Counted from the stretch's first letter, positions 51,057-61,768 are shown. The stretch is 64,000 bases of DNA from an uncultured Azoarcus sp. (GCA_964435845.1 CAYTAY010000001.1:153-64152); one strand, 5' to 3'. Notes: generated by a model from the letters alone, not told the origin. Program-made: numbers and translations.

Positions 51057-52289
51057 ATGACCAACTTCGCAGCTTTCTACCCGCTATTGCTGCCAGTGGC
51101 GGTTACGTTGGGCGCCTTTGCGGGCGGGTTCATGCTGTCTCGTCTGATGAATCGTCCGGCGCCAGCGCACAAAAGCTCGCGAGATGCCGTGAATCGCGCG
51201 CCAGACCCTTCCTTTTTCGACGCGATTCGTGAGGTGGTGCTCACGCTCGACGACGGTGCGCGGATTCGCTACCTCAACCAGGCCTGGGAGACACTGACTG
51301 GACACCCGATCCGTGAAGCCATCGACCAACCACTCGCGCGGTTCGTGCATCCGGATGACCGAGGCGTACTCGTGGCCAATATCCGTGAGCTCGGGTCGGC
51401 CACCCAAAAGGAATGTGGCATGGAGGTCAGGATTACCGCCAAAGGCGGTGAAACCCGATGGGTCCAGGTGAATCTCCGGCCTGCACCGGGTGTTGTAGGG
51501 GTGGGACTCGTGGGCACGCTCGACGACGTTACCCCGCGAAAGATCGCGGAGCTATCGCTACGCAACATCAATCGCGATCTCGAGAGCCGGGTGCGGTTGC
51601 GTACCGCCGAACTGGAGGCGTCGAACAGGGAGTTGGAGGCGTTCTCCTATTCCATTTCGCATGACTTGCGGGCACCGTTGCGCTCCATAGACGGTTTCGC
51701 ACGCATTCTCGAGGAAGAACTTGACGCTCAGTTGTCCGACGCATTGCGAAACCACCTTCACCGCATCCGCAATGCAGCCGATCGAATGGGGCAGCTGAGC
51801 GACGCCATGATCGCGATGGCCAGCCTGTCCCGCCAGTCCATTCGGCGGGAGAGCATCGATCTTTCCGAGCTCGTCACGCAGATCGTTGAAGAGCTTGCCG
51901 AAGAAAGCCCGGGTCGCCAGACCCAGATCGAGGTCACGGCAGAGCTCGTGGTCACTGCCGATCGCAGCCTGATGCGGGTCGCATTGGAGAACCTCATTCG
52001 CAACGCCTGGAAGTTCTCGGCCGCGCAAACGGTCACCCGCATCAGCTTTCATGCCGAACGCCAGGGAGAGCAACGGGTATTCATGGTCAGCGACAATGGT
52101 GTCGGGTTCGACATGGCACATGCCGGACGGCTTTTCGAGCCCTTTTTCAGGCTCCATGAGGCGGACAGCTACCCAGGCACCGGTATCGGCCTGTCGAATG
52201 TGGAACGCATCATTCGCCGCCACGGCGGACACATCTGGGCGCGGTCCAGCCCCGGACAAGGGGCGACGTTTTTTTTCACGCTCGGTTGA
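51057..52289 (+). CDS. PAS-domain sensor histidine kinase (orphan)
   Basis: One N-terminal TM, PAS (VHPDD), H-box SHDLRAPL, N-box NLIRNAWKF, G-boxes DNGVGF and GTGIGL. Confidence 0.92.
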   Translation: MTNFAAFYPLLLPVAVTLGAFAGGFMLSRLMNRPAPAHKSSRDAVNRAPDPSFFDAIREVVLTLDDGARIRYLNQAWETLTGHPIREAIDQPLARFVHPDDRGVLVANIRELGSATQKECGMEVRITAKGGETRWVQVNLRPAPGVVGVGLVGTLDDVTPRKIAELSLRNINRDLESRVRLRTAELEASNRELEAFSYSISHDLRAPLRSIDGFARILEEELDAQLSDALRNHLHRIRNAADRMGQLSDAMIAMASLSRQSIRRESIDLSELVTQIVEELAEESPGRQTQIEVTAELVVTADRSLMRVALENLIRNAWKFSAAQTVTRISFHAERQGEQRVFMVSDNGVGFDMAHAGRLFEPFFRLHEADSYPGTGIGLSNVERIIRRHGGHIWARSSPGQGATFFFTLG

Positions 52290-52325
52290 GCCGAGACCAA
52301 ACTCGACTCTTTGACCTTACAATGA

Positions 52326-52341
52326 CTAGGGTTTTCCCTAG
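52326..52341. promoter_or_regulatory. Palindrome CTAGGG-TTTT-CCCTAG, putative transcription-factor site upstream of the Pat-type gene
   Basis: Perfect 6-4-6 inverted repeat in an AT-richer intergenic region, 150 bp upstream of ATG 52491. Confidence 0.5.
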
Positions 52342-52490
52342 GGGCGAGAGCGGCATATTTAACGGTTGGGTTTGCTGCACTGCGGTAAACTCTTGCTCCA
52401 TACCGACTCGTCGCGCAGGCGTTGCCGCCCGCTACGCCTGCCAGACGCAGCTGAACGCACTCTCACCCAGGCGCGAATGCCCATAAAACC

Positions 52491-55178
52491 ATGAAAGAAA
52501 AGCACTATCTCAACCCGCTGCTGCAACCCCGATCGGTCGGCATCATCGGCGCCAGCGAGCGTGAAGGATCGCTTGGCAACGTTGTCATGCGCAACATTCT
52601 CGACGGTGGGTACAAGGGGCGTGTCTTTGCGATCAACCCGAATCACGAAGCAGTCCTCGAGGTCCCGTGTTTCAAGTCCGTGGAAGACGTGCCGCACCGG
52701 CTTGATCTGGTCGTCATCGCGCTTCGTTCGGACAAGGTGCCGGCGATCATCGACAGCTGCGGTCGTGCAGGCGTGCGTGCCGCCATCGTGCTCACTGCAG
52801 GTTTTGCCGAAGCCGGTGCGCGCGGCGAATTGCTGCAACGTCAGTTGGTCGAGTCCGCCCGCCGCTACAAGATCCGCCTGCTTGGACCCAACTGCCTCGG
52901 CATCATGCGTCCAAGTCTCGGACTCAACGCCACCTTCGCCCACGCCACCGCCCTGCCCGGTTCGATCGGCCTGATTTCCCAGTCGGGCGCCCTGTGTGCG
53001 GCGATTCTTGACTGGGCCAAGCCGAACAACGTCGGTTTTTCCAACGTTGTCTCGCTCGGCTCCGGCAGCGACGTCGATTTCGGCGAGGTGCTTGAATTCA
53101 TGATCTCGGACCCGCGTACCGAGAGCATCATCCTCTACATCGAGGGCGTCCGCGACGCCCGGCGCTTCATGAGCGCGCTGCGCGGCGCAGCACGCGTCAA
53201 GCCGGTGCTGCTGATCAAGGTTGGGCGCCATCCCGAGGCTTCCCGCGCGATCCTTTCGCACTCGGGTCTCGCCAGCGGCGAGGACGCGGTCTTCGACGCG
53301 GCCCTGCGCCGTGCCGGAGTGATCCGCCTCTACAATCTCGGCCAGCTGTTTGCTGCAGCCAATGCACTCTTTTCGCACTTCCGGCCGCGCGGCAGCCGTC
53401 TGGCAGTGATCACCAACGGCGGCGGACCGGGTGTCATGGCCGCGGACCGTGCGTCCGATCTGGGTATTCCGCTATCAAACCTTGCCGAGGTCACCGTCGA
53501 GAAACTCAAGGCTGCCTTGCCGCCTCATTGCTCGCGCGCCAATCCCGTCGATATTGGGGGCGATGCCGATGTCGAGCGCTATCGCAAGACTCTCAAATCG
53601 GTGCTGGAAGATCCCAACGTCGACGGCGTGCTGGTCATGCTCACGCCTCAGGCGATGACCGAGTCCACAGCGGTGGCCGAAGCCGTGATCGAGATCGAGA
53701 AAACCGCGGACAAGCCAGTCGTGACCTGCTGGATGGGCGAGGAACTGGTCGGCGAGGCACGCAAGCGCTTCATCGATGCCGGCATTCCGACCTTCCGGAC
53801 GCCCGAACCGGCAGTGGAATTGTTCGGCCACATCTCGGCTTATTACCGCAACCAGAAACTGCTGATGCAGACGCCTGCATCACTGTCTCACCTCAACCCG
53901 CCGAGCATCGAGAGCGCACGCCTGGTCATCGAAACCGCGCTGGCCGAACGCCGCAAGGTGCTCAACGCCATGGAATCCAAGGCCTGTCTCGCGGCCTTCC
54001 GCATTCCGATTGCGCAGACCGTGGTGGCCCGCTCCGCTACGGAAGCCATGGTGCTGGCCGAGGAAATCGGCCTGCCGGTCGTCATGAAGATCGACTCGCC
54101 CTCCATTATTCACAAGGCGGACTCGGGCGGGGTGAGGCTCAACCTCGGCAGTCTTGCCGCGGTCCGCACCGCCCATCAGGAGATTCTCGACGAGATCCGT
54201 CGCAACAAACCGGACGCGGCAATCAACGGCGTTGCGATCGAGCCGATGATTCTCAAGCGCCACGGCCGCGAGCTGTTCGTCGGCGTCAAGCGCGACCCGG
54301 TGTTCGGTCCGGTGATCACCTTCGGCGAAGGCGGCAACAAAGCCATATCCAAGGGTGACGTCGCGTTCGCTTTGCCGCCGCTGAACCGTTTCCTGGTGCG
54401 CGACCTGATCCAGTCGTCGCGCGTGGCCCCGCTGCTGGAAGATTTCCGCAACATGCCGGCGATCAACCACGAGGCACTCGAATTCGTGCTGCTGCGGGTT
54501 TCGGAAATGGTCTGCGAATTGCCCTGGCTGCAGTCGCTCGAGATCAATCCGCTGATCGTCGACGAGAAAGGCGCAGTCGCAGTCGATGCGCGCCTGGTCG
54601 CGGACAACGTCGCGCCGTCCGCCGATCGCTACGACCACATGGCGATCCACCCCTATCCGTCGCACCTGATCACCAAGTGGACCCAGCCAGACGGCCAGGA
54701 AATCACGATTCGGCCGATCAAGCCCGAGGATGCCGAACTCGAAGTGGATTTCGTGAGCCGTCTGTCGGCGGAAACCAAGTACTTCCGCTTCATGAACACA
54801 ATGCGCGATCTACCCCCGGCAATGGTCGCGCGCCTGACGCAGATCGATTACGACCGCGAGATGGCTTTTCTAGCCACGATCGAGGAGAACGGCAAAGAGG
54901 TCGAACTCGGCGTCTGCCGCTATGCAGTGAACCCCGACGGGGAGTCCTGCGAGTTCGCGGTCGTGGTCGCCGACGACTGGCAGCATCGCGGCCTCGCCCG
55001 CAAGCTCATGGGTGTTCTCATCGAAACCGCGCGCAACCGCGGCCTGAGCTACATGAACGGGGTATTCCTGGCCAACAACGACCGCATGCTGCGCTTCGTA
55101 CATAGCCTCGGATTCACTCTCAGCAACGACCCCGAGGACAGCACCGTCAAGCTCGGCGTGCTCCCGCTCCAGCTCTGA
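52491..55178 (+). CDS. NDP-forming acyl-CoA synthetase-like / GNAT fusion (Pat/YfiQ-type protein lysine acetyltransferase)
   Basis: GPNCLG, SQSGA, TNGGGPG, NPVD, ATP-grasp HKADSGGV and EINPL. C-terminal GNAT: IDYDRE, EFAV, WQHRGLA. Confidence 0.92.
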   Translation: MKEKHYLNPLLQPRSVGIIGASEREGSLGNVVMRNILDGGYKGRVFAINPNHEAVLEVPCFKSVEDVPHRLDLVVIALRSDKVPAIIDSCGRAGVRAAIVLTAGFAEAGARGELLQRQLVESARRYKIRLLGPNCLGIMRPSLGLNATFAHATALPGSIGLISQSGALCAAILDWAKPNNVGFSNVVSLGSGSDVDFGEVLEFMISDPRTESIILYIEGVRDARRFMSALRGAARVKPVLLIKVGRHPEASRAILSHSGLASGEDAVFDAALRRAGVIRLYNLGQLFAAANALFSHFRPRGSRLAVITNGGGPGVMAADRASDLGIPLSNLAEVTVEKLKAALPPHCSRANPVDIGGDADVERYRKTLKSVLEDPNVDGVLVMLTPQAMTESTAVAEAVIEIEKTADKPVVTCWMGEELVGEARKRFIDAGIPTFRTPEPAVELFGHISAYYRNQKLLMQTPASLSHLNPPSIESARLVIETALAERRKVLNAMESKACLAAFRIPIAQTVVARSATEAMVLAEEIGLPVVMKIDSPSIIHKADSGGVRLNLGSLAAVRTAHQEILDEIRRNKPDAAINGVAIEPMILKRHGRELFVGVKRDPVFGPVITFGEGGNKAISKGDVAFALPPLNRFLVRDLIQSSRVAPLLEDFRNMPAINHEALEFVLLRVSEMVCELPWLQSLEINPLIVDEKGAVAVDARLVADNVAPSADRYDHMAIHPYPSHLITKWTQPDGQEITIRPIKPEDAELEVDFVSRLSAETKYFRFMNTMRDLPPAMVARLTQIDYDREMAFLATIEENGKEVELGVCRYAVNPDGESCEFAVVVADDWQHRGLARKLMGVLIETARNRGLSYMNGVFLANNDRMLRFVHSLGFTLSNDPEDSTVKLGVLPLQL

Positions 55179-55198
55179 AGTATCATCGCCCCATCCGA

Positions 55199-55232
55199 CG
55201 GGTGAGCCCTGGCCTCGGCCAGGGCTCACCCG
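55199..55232 (+). terminator. Perfect 15-16 bp hairpin downstream of the Pat-type gene
   Basis: CGGGTGAGCCCTGGCC-TC-GGCCAGGGCTCACCCG, with a weak T-tract about 6 nt later. Confidence 0.6.
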
Positions 55233-55259
55233 CTATCGTTTTCTCTCCCTGAGCCTGCC

Positions 55260-56108
55260 ATGCCTGCCACCCTCGAGGATATCGACTTTCACGGCATCCC
55301 CGCCGTTTCACTCAAGACACCCGATGGCGCGTCGGCCGTGGTATCCCTGCTCGGGGGGCAGCTCCTGTCGTGGCAGCCGGCAATCGGCGACGAACGCCTG
55401 TTCCTCAGCGAGCGCGCGGTGTTCGATGGCTCATGCGCGATTCGCGGCGGGGTCCCAGTCTGCTTTCCCCAGTTTTCCGGCCTTGGCAAGCTGCCCAAGC
55501 ACGGTCTGCTTCGTACCGCGATGTGGGAGGTTCGCCAGCGGCGCACCGGGAATACCTATGCGCTGCTCACCCTCGGCATCTGCGAGTCCGAGCAAAGCAT
55601 GTTGCTGTGGCCGCAGATGTTCGATGTCGAGGTAACCATCGTGCTGGACCGCGGCCGCGTCGATGTCGAGCTTCATGTGGAAAATACCGGCCACAGTCAG
55701 TTTGCCTTCACCGCTGCGCTGCACACCTATCTCCGCGTGCGTGAGGTGGAGCATGTGCAGCTCAACGGTTTGACTGGTCTCGAATTCCGCGATGCTGCCG
55801 ACGATAACCGCATCAAGAAGGAGCGTTTGGATGGACTGCAGTTCGATGGCCCCGTGAACCGCGTCTATCACAACGTAACCCGGCCTGTGCTGCTGATCGA
55901 GTCGCCCCGTGCCCTGCTGATCGAATCGGAGGGCTTCCCGGATGTTGTGGTCTGGAACCCCTGGGAGGCAGACTGCGCCACCCTGCCGGACATGGCGCCG
56001 CTCGATTTCCGCCGCATGCTCTGCGTCGAAGCCGCGGCCGCTCGCCAGAAGGTGGCGCTCGACGCCGGGGCGGCCTGGTTTGGCCGCCAGACCTTCATCA
56101 TTCAATGA
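55260..56108 (+). CDS. D-hexose-6-phosphate mutarotase (YeaD-like aldose 1-epimerase)
   Basis: AIRGGVPVCFPQF, HGLLR, FTAALHTYL, VVWNPW, MLCVEA. Confidence 0.92.
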   Translation: MPATLEDIDFHGIPAVSLKTPDGASAVVSLLGGQLLSWQPAIGDERLFLSERAVFDGSCAIRGGVPVCFPQFSGLGKLPKHGLLRTAMWEVRQRRTGNTYALLTLGICESEQSMLLWPQMFDVEVTIVLDRGRVDVELHVENTGHSQFAFTAALHTYLRVREVEHVQLNGLTGLEFRDAADDNRIKKERLDGLQFDGPVNRVYHNVTRPVLLIESPRALLIESEGFPDVVVWNPWEADCATLPDMAPLDFRRMLCVEAAAARQKVALDAGAAWFGRQTFIIQ

Positions 56109-56137
56109 GATAGACTCGAACCCGACGCCACGCCGAC

Positions 56138-58456
56138 ATGCTGCCACCCATCGAACAACGCATTGCCGACGAACTCGGTGTACGCGTCAGCCAGGTGTTC
56201 ACCGCCATCCAACTGCTGGACGAGGGCGCGACCGTGCCCTTCGTCGCCCGCTATCGCAAGGAGGCGACCGGCGGTCTCGACGACACGCACTTGCGCACCC
56301 TGGAGGAACGTCTCGATTACCTGCGCGACCTCGAATCCCGTCGTGCAACGGTGCTTGCCAGCGTCGAGGAACAGGGCAAACTGACCGAGGCGTTGCAGGC
56401 CGAAATCGAGAACGCCGAAACCAAGCAGCGGCTCGAAGACCTCTACCTGCCCTACAAACCCAAGCGCCGGACCAAGGCCCAGATCGCCCGAGAGGCCGGC
56501 ATCGCCCCCTTGGCGCAGGCCTTGCTGGCCGATCCGATGCTCGACCCGGAGCAGTCGTCGGTGGCCTACCTCAATCCGGAGGCTGGTTTTGCTGACGTGA
56601 AGCGCGTACTCGACGGTGCCCGCCAGATTCTGGTCGAGGAGTTCGCCGAGGATGCCGAGTTGCTCGGTGAGTTGCGCGCGATGCTCAAGGACGGCAGCGA
56701 AGCGCGGTCGACCGTCGTAGAAGGCAAGGACAACGAGGGCGCCAAGTTCCGCGACTGGTTCGACTTCCGCGAGCGTTTCGCGAACATGCCTTCCCATCGC
56801 GCGCTCGCCCTGCTGCGCGGCCGTAACGAAGGGGTGCTCAAGCTCACTATCGACCTACCCGATCTCGACCCGGAGCTGCCCCACCCCTGCGAGATGCGCA
56901 TACGCGCGCATTTCGGGCTCAGCGACCGTGGGCGCCCCGCGGACCGCTGGCTGCTCGACTGCGCGCGCTGGGCTTGGAACGTGAAAATCTCGCTGCATCT
57001 CGAGCTCGAATTGATGAACGAACTGCGCGAACGCGCCGAGGAAGAGGCGATCCGCGTGTTCGCCCGCAACCTCAAGGATTTGCTGCTTGCCGCGCCTGCC
57101 GGCGGCAGACCGACGATCGGCCTCGATCCCGGTATTCGCACCGGCGTCAAGGTGGCGGTGGTCGACGCCACCGGCAAGGTGGTCGACGCCGACACCGTCT
57201 ACCCCTTCGAACCCCGCCGGCACTACGAACCGGCCATCGCCGCAATCGCAGCGCTGGCGCGCAAGCATTCGGTCGAACTGGTCGCGATCGGCAACGGCAC
57301 TGCCTCGCGTGAAACCGATAAGCTGGTGGCTGATCTGATGCATCGCCATCCCGGGCTCGGGCTCACCAAGGTCATGGTGTCCGAGGCCGGGGCCTCGGTG
57401 TATTCGGCCTCGGAACTCGCGGCGCGTGAATTTCCCGATCTCGATGTATCGCTGCGCGGTGCGGTATCGATCGCCCGCCGCCTTCAGGATCCACTGGCCG
57501 AACTCGTAAAAATCGACCCCAAGTCCATCGGGGTCGGCCAGTACCAGCACGACGTGAACCAGAGCAGGCTCGCCCGCGGGCTGGATGCGGTCGTCGAGGA
57601 CTGCGTGAATGCAGTGGGTGTCGACGTCAATACCGCTTCAGCCCCGCTGCTGGCCAGGATATCGGGCCTGAATGCGGCACTGGCGGCGAAGCTGGTCGAG
57701 CACCGCGATACCAACGGTCCGTTTGCCAACCGGGACGCACTGCTGAAGGTGCCACGCATGGGCCCCAAGACTTTCGAGCAGGCAGCGGGTTTTCTCAGAG
57801 TTCCTGGCGGCAACAATCCGCTCGACATCACCGCGGTACACCCCGAGGCATACCCGGTGGTCGAGCGCCTGCTGGCGCGCATCGGCAGGTCGGCGCGCGA
57901 AATCATGGGCCGGCGCGAACACATCCGGTCTATCGACCCGGCAGCGTTGACCGATGAACGCTTCGGCCTGCCGACGGTGCGGGACATTCTCGACGAGCTC
58001 GAAAAGCCGGGCCGCGACCCTCGCCCCCAGTTTCGCACCGCATCTTTCCGCGAAGGCATCGAAGGACTCGGCGACCTGGAGCCGGGCATGCTGCTCGAAG
58101 GGGTGGTCACCAACGTCACCAACTTCGGTGCTTTCGTCGACATCGGTGTGCATCAGGACGGCCTCGTGCATGTATCCGCACTGGCCGACCGCTTCGTCAA
58201 GGCTCCGCACTCGATCGTCAAGGCGGGGGATATCGTGAAGGTCAAGGTCCTTGAGATCGACCGCGACCGCAAACGCATCGCACTGACCATGCGGCTCGGC
58301 GCGGAGGTTCAGGCGAAACCGACTCCCCGTCCCCCGCGAGAAAACCAGCAGCGGCGACGCGGCAAACCGCCCCAGGACGCCGCGCGGCGCGATGCCCGTC
58401 CGCAGGCGGCCGGCGCAATGGCCGACGCCCTCGCACACGCGATGAAGAAACGTTGA
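56138..58456 (+). CDS. tex: Tex-family S1 RNA-binding transcription accessory protein
   Basis: [44 protein letters not shown]1 domain FGAFVDIG. Confidence 0.96.
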   Translation: MLPPIEQRIADELGVRVSQVFTAIQLLDEGATVPFVARYRKEATGGLDDTHLRTLEERLDYLRDLESRRATVLASVEEQGKLTEALQAEIENAETKQRLEDLYLPYKPKRRTKAQIAREAGIAPLAQALLADPMLDPEQSSVAYLNPEAGFADVKRVLDGARQILVEEFAEDAELLGELRAMLKDGSEARSTVVEGKDNEGAKFRDWFDFRERFANMPSHRALALLRGRNEGVLKLTIDLPDLDPELPHPCEMRIRAHFGLSDRGRPADRWLLDCARWAWNVKISLHLELELMNELRERAEEEAIRVFARNLKDLLLAAPAGGRPTIGLDPGIRTGVKVAVVDATGKVVDADTVYPFEPRRHYEPAIAAIAALARKHSVELVAIGNGTASRETDKLVADLMHRHPGLGLTKVMVSEAGASVYSASELAAREFPDLDVSLRGAVSIARRLQDPLAELVKIDPKSIGVGQYQHDVNQSRLARGLDAVVEDCVNAVGVDVNTASAPLLARISGLNAALAAKLVEHRDTNGPFANRDALLKVPRMGPKTFEQAAGFLRVPGGNNPLDITAVHPEAYPVVERLLARIGRSAREIMGRREHIRSIDPAALTDERFGLPTVRDILDELEKPGRDPRPQFRTASFREGIEGLGDLEPGMLLEGVVTNVTNFGAFVDIGVHQDGLVHVSALADRFVKAPHSIVKAGDIVKVKVLEIDRDRKRIALTMRLGAEVQAKPTPRPPRENQQRRRGKPPQDAARRDARPQAAGAMADALAHAMKKR

Positions 58457-58472
58457 GGAACGCAACCCCACC

Positions 58473-58838
58473 ATGAACACGAAGATTTACGGCATCAAGA
58501 ACTGCAGCACCATGAAGAAGGCCTTCGATTGGCTGAGCAGCCACGGTATCGCCTACGACTTTCACGACTACAAGAAAGTCGCGATCGACCCGGCCACCCT
58601 GGCGCGTTGGTGCGGGGAGCTTGGTTGTGAGGCACTGCTCAACAAGCGTGGCACCACCTGGCGCAAGCTGGCGCCGGAAGAGCAGCAGATCAGCGGGCAG
58701 GACGAAGCGATCGCGTTGATGGTGGCGCATCCCAGCCTGATCAAGCGACCGGTGCTCGAGTGCGCAGACGGCCACATCGTGGCGGGCTTCGACCCTGAGG
58801 CGCTTTCCAGTCACTTTCCGGTGGGAGAGCGCAGATGA
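58473..58838 (+). CDS. ArsC/Spx/YffB-family reductase
   Basis: [40 protein letters not shown]. Confidence 0.92.
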   Translation: MNTKIYGIKNCSTMKKAFDWLSSHGIAYDFHDYKKVAIDPATLARWCGELGCEALLNKRGTTWRKLAPEEQQISGQDEAIALMVAHPSLIKRPVLECADGHIVAGFDPEALSSHFPVGERR

Positions 58839-59728
58839 GCAAGAAGGCCTCCAGCTATGTGCAGCGCTTCATGCTCGAAGCGCTCGACATCCGCGGTGCG
58901 GTGGTCAAGCTCGACGACGTGTGGCGTACCCTTCAACGTAACCGGGACTACCCGCCAGAGCTTGCCCGACTGCTGGGCCAGCTGTGCGCCGTCGCGGCGG
59001 TGATCGCGGGCAACCTCAAGCAACCGGGGCGGCTGACCTTTCAGGTCCAGGGCCAGGGACCGGTGGGCCTGCTCGTCGTCGACTGCAGCGACACCCTGAA
59101 TATGCGCGCCATGGCGCGTGCCGACGCCGACATCGCCGGACGCGCCGGCCTCACGGAGCTGATCGGCGAGGGTCGGCTGCAATTGACACTGGATTCACCC
59201 AGCATGCGTGAGCCCTTCATCAGCCTGGTGCCGCTCGAAGGACAGTCCATAGCCGAGGTCTTCGAGCATTATCTACAGCAATCCGAGCAGCAACCCGCAG
59301 GACTCTGGCTCGCCTGCTCGGCGGACCGGGCGGCTGCGCTCTTCCTGCAGAAACTCCCCGGCGCCGAGTCGCGCGATGCCGACGGCTGGGACCGCGTTCG
59401 CACCCTCGCGTCGACGGTGAAACCTGAAGAACTCCTCAATCTGGCTGCCGATGTCTTGCTTTCACGTCTTTTTGCCGAGGAAAGCGTCCGCCTCTTCGAT
59501 ACCAGGGCAGTCGACCACGACTGGCCTCGAGACCCGGACAAGATCGCGGCCATGCTCCGCTCGCTGGGCGAAGCCGAGGTCCGCGAAATGTTCGCCGAGC
59601 ATGGTGAAGTGGTGGTCCGCGACGATTTGTCCAATCACGCCTACCACTTCGACGCAGTCGATGTCGATGCGCTCTTCGCTGCACAAGCGGATGTTGGTGG
59701 TCAACCCGAACCCCCCACCTTCCATTAG
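58835..59728 (+). CDS. hslO: Hsp33-family chaperone HslO lacking the C-terminal zinc-binding cysteines
   Basis: [57 protein letters not shown]. The CxC and CxxC positions read HDWPRD and DDLSN. Confidence 0.9.
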   Translation: MSKKASSYVQRFMLEALDIRGAVVKLDDVWRTLQRNRDYPPELARLLGQLCAVAAVIAGNLKQPGRLTFQVQGQGPVGLLVVDCSDTLNMRAMARADADIAGRAGLTELIGEGRLQLTLDSPSMREPFISLVPLEGQSIAEVFEHYLQQSEQQPAGLWLACSADRAAALFLQKLPGAESRDADGWDRVRTLASTVKPEELLNLAADVLLSRLFAEESVRLFDTRAVDHDWPRDPDKIAAMLRSLGEAEVREMFAEHGEVVVRDDLSNHAYHFDAVDVDALFAAQADVGGQPEPPTFH

Positions 59729-59761
59729 GCTCGCCCCAGGCGTATGGCCTTGGCCTTGGCC

Positions 59762-59790
59762 TTGCCGTCGAGCCGACCCGTCAGTAGACT
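59762..59790 (+). promoter_or_regulatory. Putative sigma70 promoter of minCDE (TTGCCG-17 bp-TAGACT)
   Basis: -35 at 59762-59767 and -10 at 59785-59790, 27 bp upstream of the minC ATG. Confidence 0.6.
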
Positions 59791-59817
59791 CCAACGTTTT
59801 AGAGTTCAGCCCACACC

Positions 59818-60582
59818 ATGACCGAAGGCTCCTCGCCCCGGATAATCGAATTCCGCAACGCCAGCATCGGAGCCACGGTAGCAGTGCTTCGCGACGCACG
59901 TCCGGCACCTTTGGCGGACGAATTGCACAAGATGCTTGGCGGCATGGCCGACTTTTTCAACGGCGAACCCGCGATCCTGGATTTCTCCGGCCTGCCTTCG
60001 GAGCCCGACCGCATTGACTGGTCCGGGCTGATCAGCCTCTTCCGCCGCTTCCGCCTGCAACCGATCGGCGTGCGGAATCTTTCTGCCGAGTTGGTTGCCG
60101 CAGCGCGTCAAGCCGGTCTGGCTCAGCTCGATGGCGCCGAATTGTCGGCTCCGCTTGCAAGCCCGGCACGCCCAGCCCCGGCACGTGTCGAAGCGCCTCC
60201 GCCTCCACCACCGCCTCCGGTAGCGGTGCCAGCAGGCACGATGTTCGTAGAACGGCCGGTTCGCTCCGGTCAGCAGGTGTACGCCAAGGGCGGAGATCTC
60301 GTGCTGCTGGCGGGAATGAGCAACGGCGCCGAAGTGATTGCCGATGGCACCATCCACTGCTACGGCCCCTTGCGTGGGCGGGCGCTCGCCGGCGCGCAAG
60401 GCAACACCGCAGCGCGTATCATCACGTCCAACTTTGGCCCCGAGATCGTATCGATCGCGGGAATCTACAAGACCTTCGAGCAGGGCATTGCGCAAAACGT
60501 CGCCGGACGCCCTGCCGTCGTTCGGCTGAGTGACTCCGGGCGCGAGCAGAAGCTCGGCATCGAGGCCCTGCAGCTTGACTGA
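59818..60582 (+). CDS. minC: Septum site-determining protein MinC
   Basis: Pro-rich linker, PVRSGQQVY, GAEVIADG, PLRGRALAG, VSIAGIY. Confidence 0.96.
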   Translation: MTEGSSPRIIEFRNASIGATVAVLRDARPAPLADELHKMLGGMADFFNGEPAILDFSGLPSEPDRIDWSGLISLFRRFRLQPIGVRNLSAELVAAARQAGLAQLDGAELSAPLASPARPAPARVEAPPPPPPPPVAVPAGTMFVERPVRSGQQVYAKGGDLVLLAGMSNGAEVIADGTIHCYGPLRGRALAGAQGNTAARIITSNFGPEIVSIAGIYKTFEQGIAQNVAGRPAVVRLSDSGREQKLGIEALQLD

Positions 60583-60612
60583 ATCGCTTAAAACATCCAA
60601 AAGGGAACCACC

Positions 60613-61428
60613 GTGACTCGAGTCGTCGTCGTTACATCCGGGAAGGGGGGGGTTGGGAAGACCACCACCAGCGCAGCCTTTGCTTCTGGCCTCGCGCTGC
60701 GCGGCTACAAGACTGCAGTCATCGATTTCGACGTGGGCCTGCGCAATCTCGACCTCATCATGGGTTGCGAGCGTCGCGTGGTTTATGACTTCGTCAACGT
60801 CGTCAACGGCGAAGCCAAACTCAACCAGGCGCTGATCAAGGACAAGAACTGCGGGAACCTGTTCGTGCTGCCGGCCTCCCAGACGCGGGACAAAGACGCC
60901 TTGACCGAGGAAGGCGTCGAGACCGTCATCAAGGAGCTCGAACACATGGGTTTCGACTACGTGGTGTGCGATTCGCCCGCCGGCATCGAGCGCGGGGCCG
61001 TGCTGGCGCTCGCTTTCGCTGACGAGGCCATCGTCACCACCAACCCGGAGGTCTCCTCGGTGCGTGACTCCGATCGCATCCTCGGGATTCTTCAGTCCAA
61101 GTCGCGCCGTGCCGCTGAGGGGCGCGAACCGGTCAAGGAACACCTGCTGATCACCCGCTACTCTCCCAAGCGTGTGGACGACGGCGAAATGCTCTCCTAC
61201 AAGGACGTCCAGGAGTTGCTGCGGGTGCCGCTGATCGGCGTCATCCCAGAGTCCGAGTCGGTGCTGCATGCCTCCAACCAGGGTACCCCGGCGATTCATC
61301 TCAAGGGCACCGACGTATCCGAAGCCTATACCGATGTCGTGGCACGCTTTCTCGGTGAAGACCGGCCGCTACGTTTTGTGAACTACGAAAAGCCGGGCAT
61401 CATCAAGCGCCTGTTCGGAGGCAAGTGA
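60613..61428 (+). CDS. minD: Septum site-determining ATPase MinD
   Basis: [28 protein letters not shown]-terminal amphipathic helix [11 protein letters not shown] start. Confidence 0.98.
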   Translation: MTRVVVVTSGKGGVGKTTTSAAFASGLALRGYKTAVIDFDVGLRNLDLIMGCERRVVYDFVNVVNGEAKLNQALIKDKNCGNLFVLPASQTRDKDALTEEGVETVIKELEHMGFDYVVCDSPAGIERGAVLALAFADEAIVTTNPEVSSVRDSDRILGILQSKSRRAAEGREPVKEHLLITRYSPKRVDDGEMLSYKDVQELLRVPLIGVIPESESVLHASNQGTPAIHLKGTDVSEAYTDVVARFLGEDRPLRFVNYEKPGIIKRLFGGK

Positions 61429-61429
61429 C

Positions 61430-61690
61430 ATGTCCCTGCTTTCCCTGCTCTTCGGTGAGAAGAAGAGAACCGCCTCCATCGCCAAGGAACGGCTTCAGCT
61501 CATCATCGCGCGCGAACACGGCAGTGCCACCCACGGCCCGGATTTCCTGCCTGCGCTGCAGCGCGAACTGATCGAGGTGATTTCCAAGTACGTTTCGGTC
61601 AACCCGGACGACATCAAGATTAACCTCGAAAAACAGGACAATTACGAGGTTCTCGAGGTGAACATCGTGCTGCCGGACAATCGCGACTGA
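61430..61690 (+). CDS. minE: Cell division topological specificity factor MinE
   Basis: [37 protein letters not shown]. Confidence 0.97.
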   Translation: MSLLSLLFGEKKRTASIAKERLQLIIAREHGSATHGPDFLPALQRELIEVISKYVSVNPDDIKINLEKQDNYEVLEVNIVLPDNRD

Positions 61691-61723
61691 GGACACCAGA
61701 CTCCACGATGTCTGCCGCTCTTG

Positions 61724-61760
61724 TGGGGGCGCTGTGAGGCGCGAATGCGGCGCGCCCCCA
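61724..61760. terminator. Hairpin between convergent minE and aapP
   Basis: TGGGGGCGC (61724-61732) pairs with GCGCCCCCA (61752-61760). Confidence 0.45.
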
Positions 61761-61768
61761 ACGCACAC

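Noticed and set aside
59745-59762. (TGGCCT)x3 tandem repeat at the minC promoter as a phase-variation tract
   Set aside because: Only three units, and it lies upstream of the -35 rather than in the spacer, so slippage would not change promoter geometry.
60195-60220. Poly-proline runs in MinC (also in the Map C-terminus and the peptidase linker)
   Set aside because: Ordinary low-complexity linkers with mixed codons, not DNA repeats.
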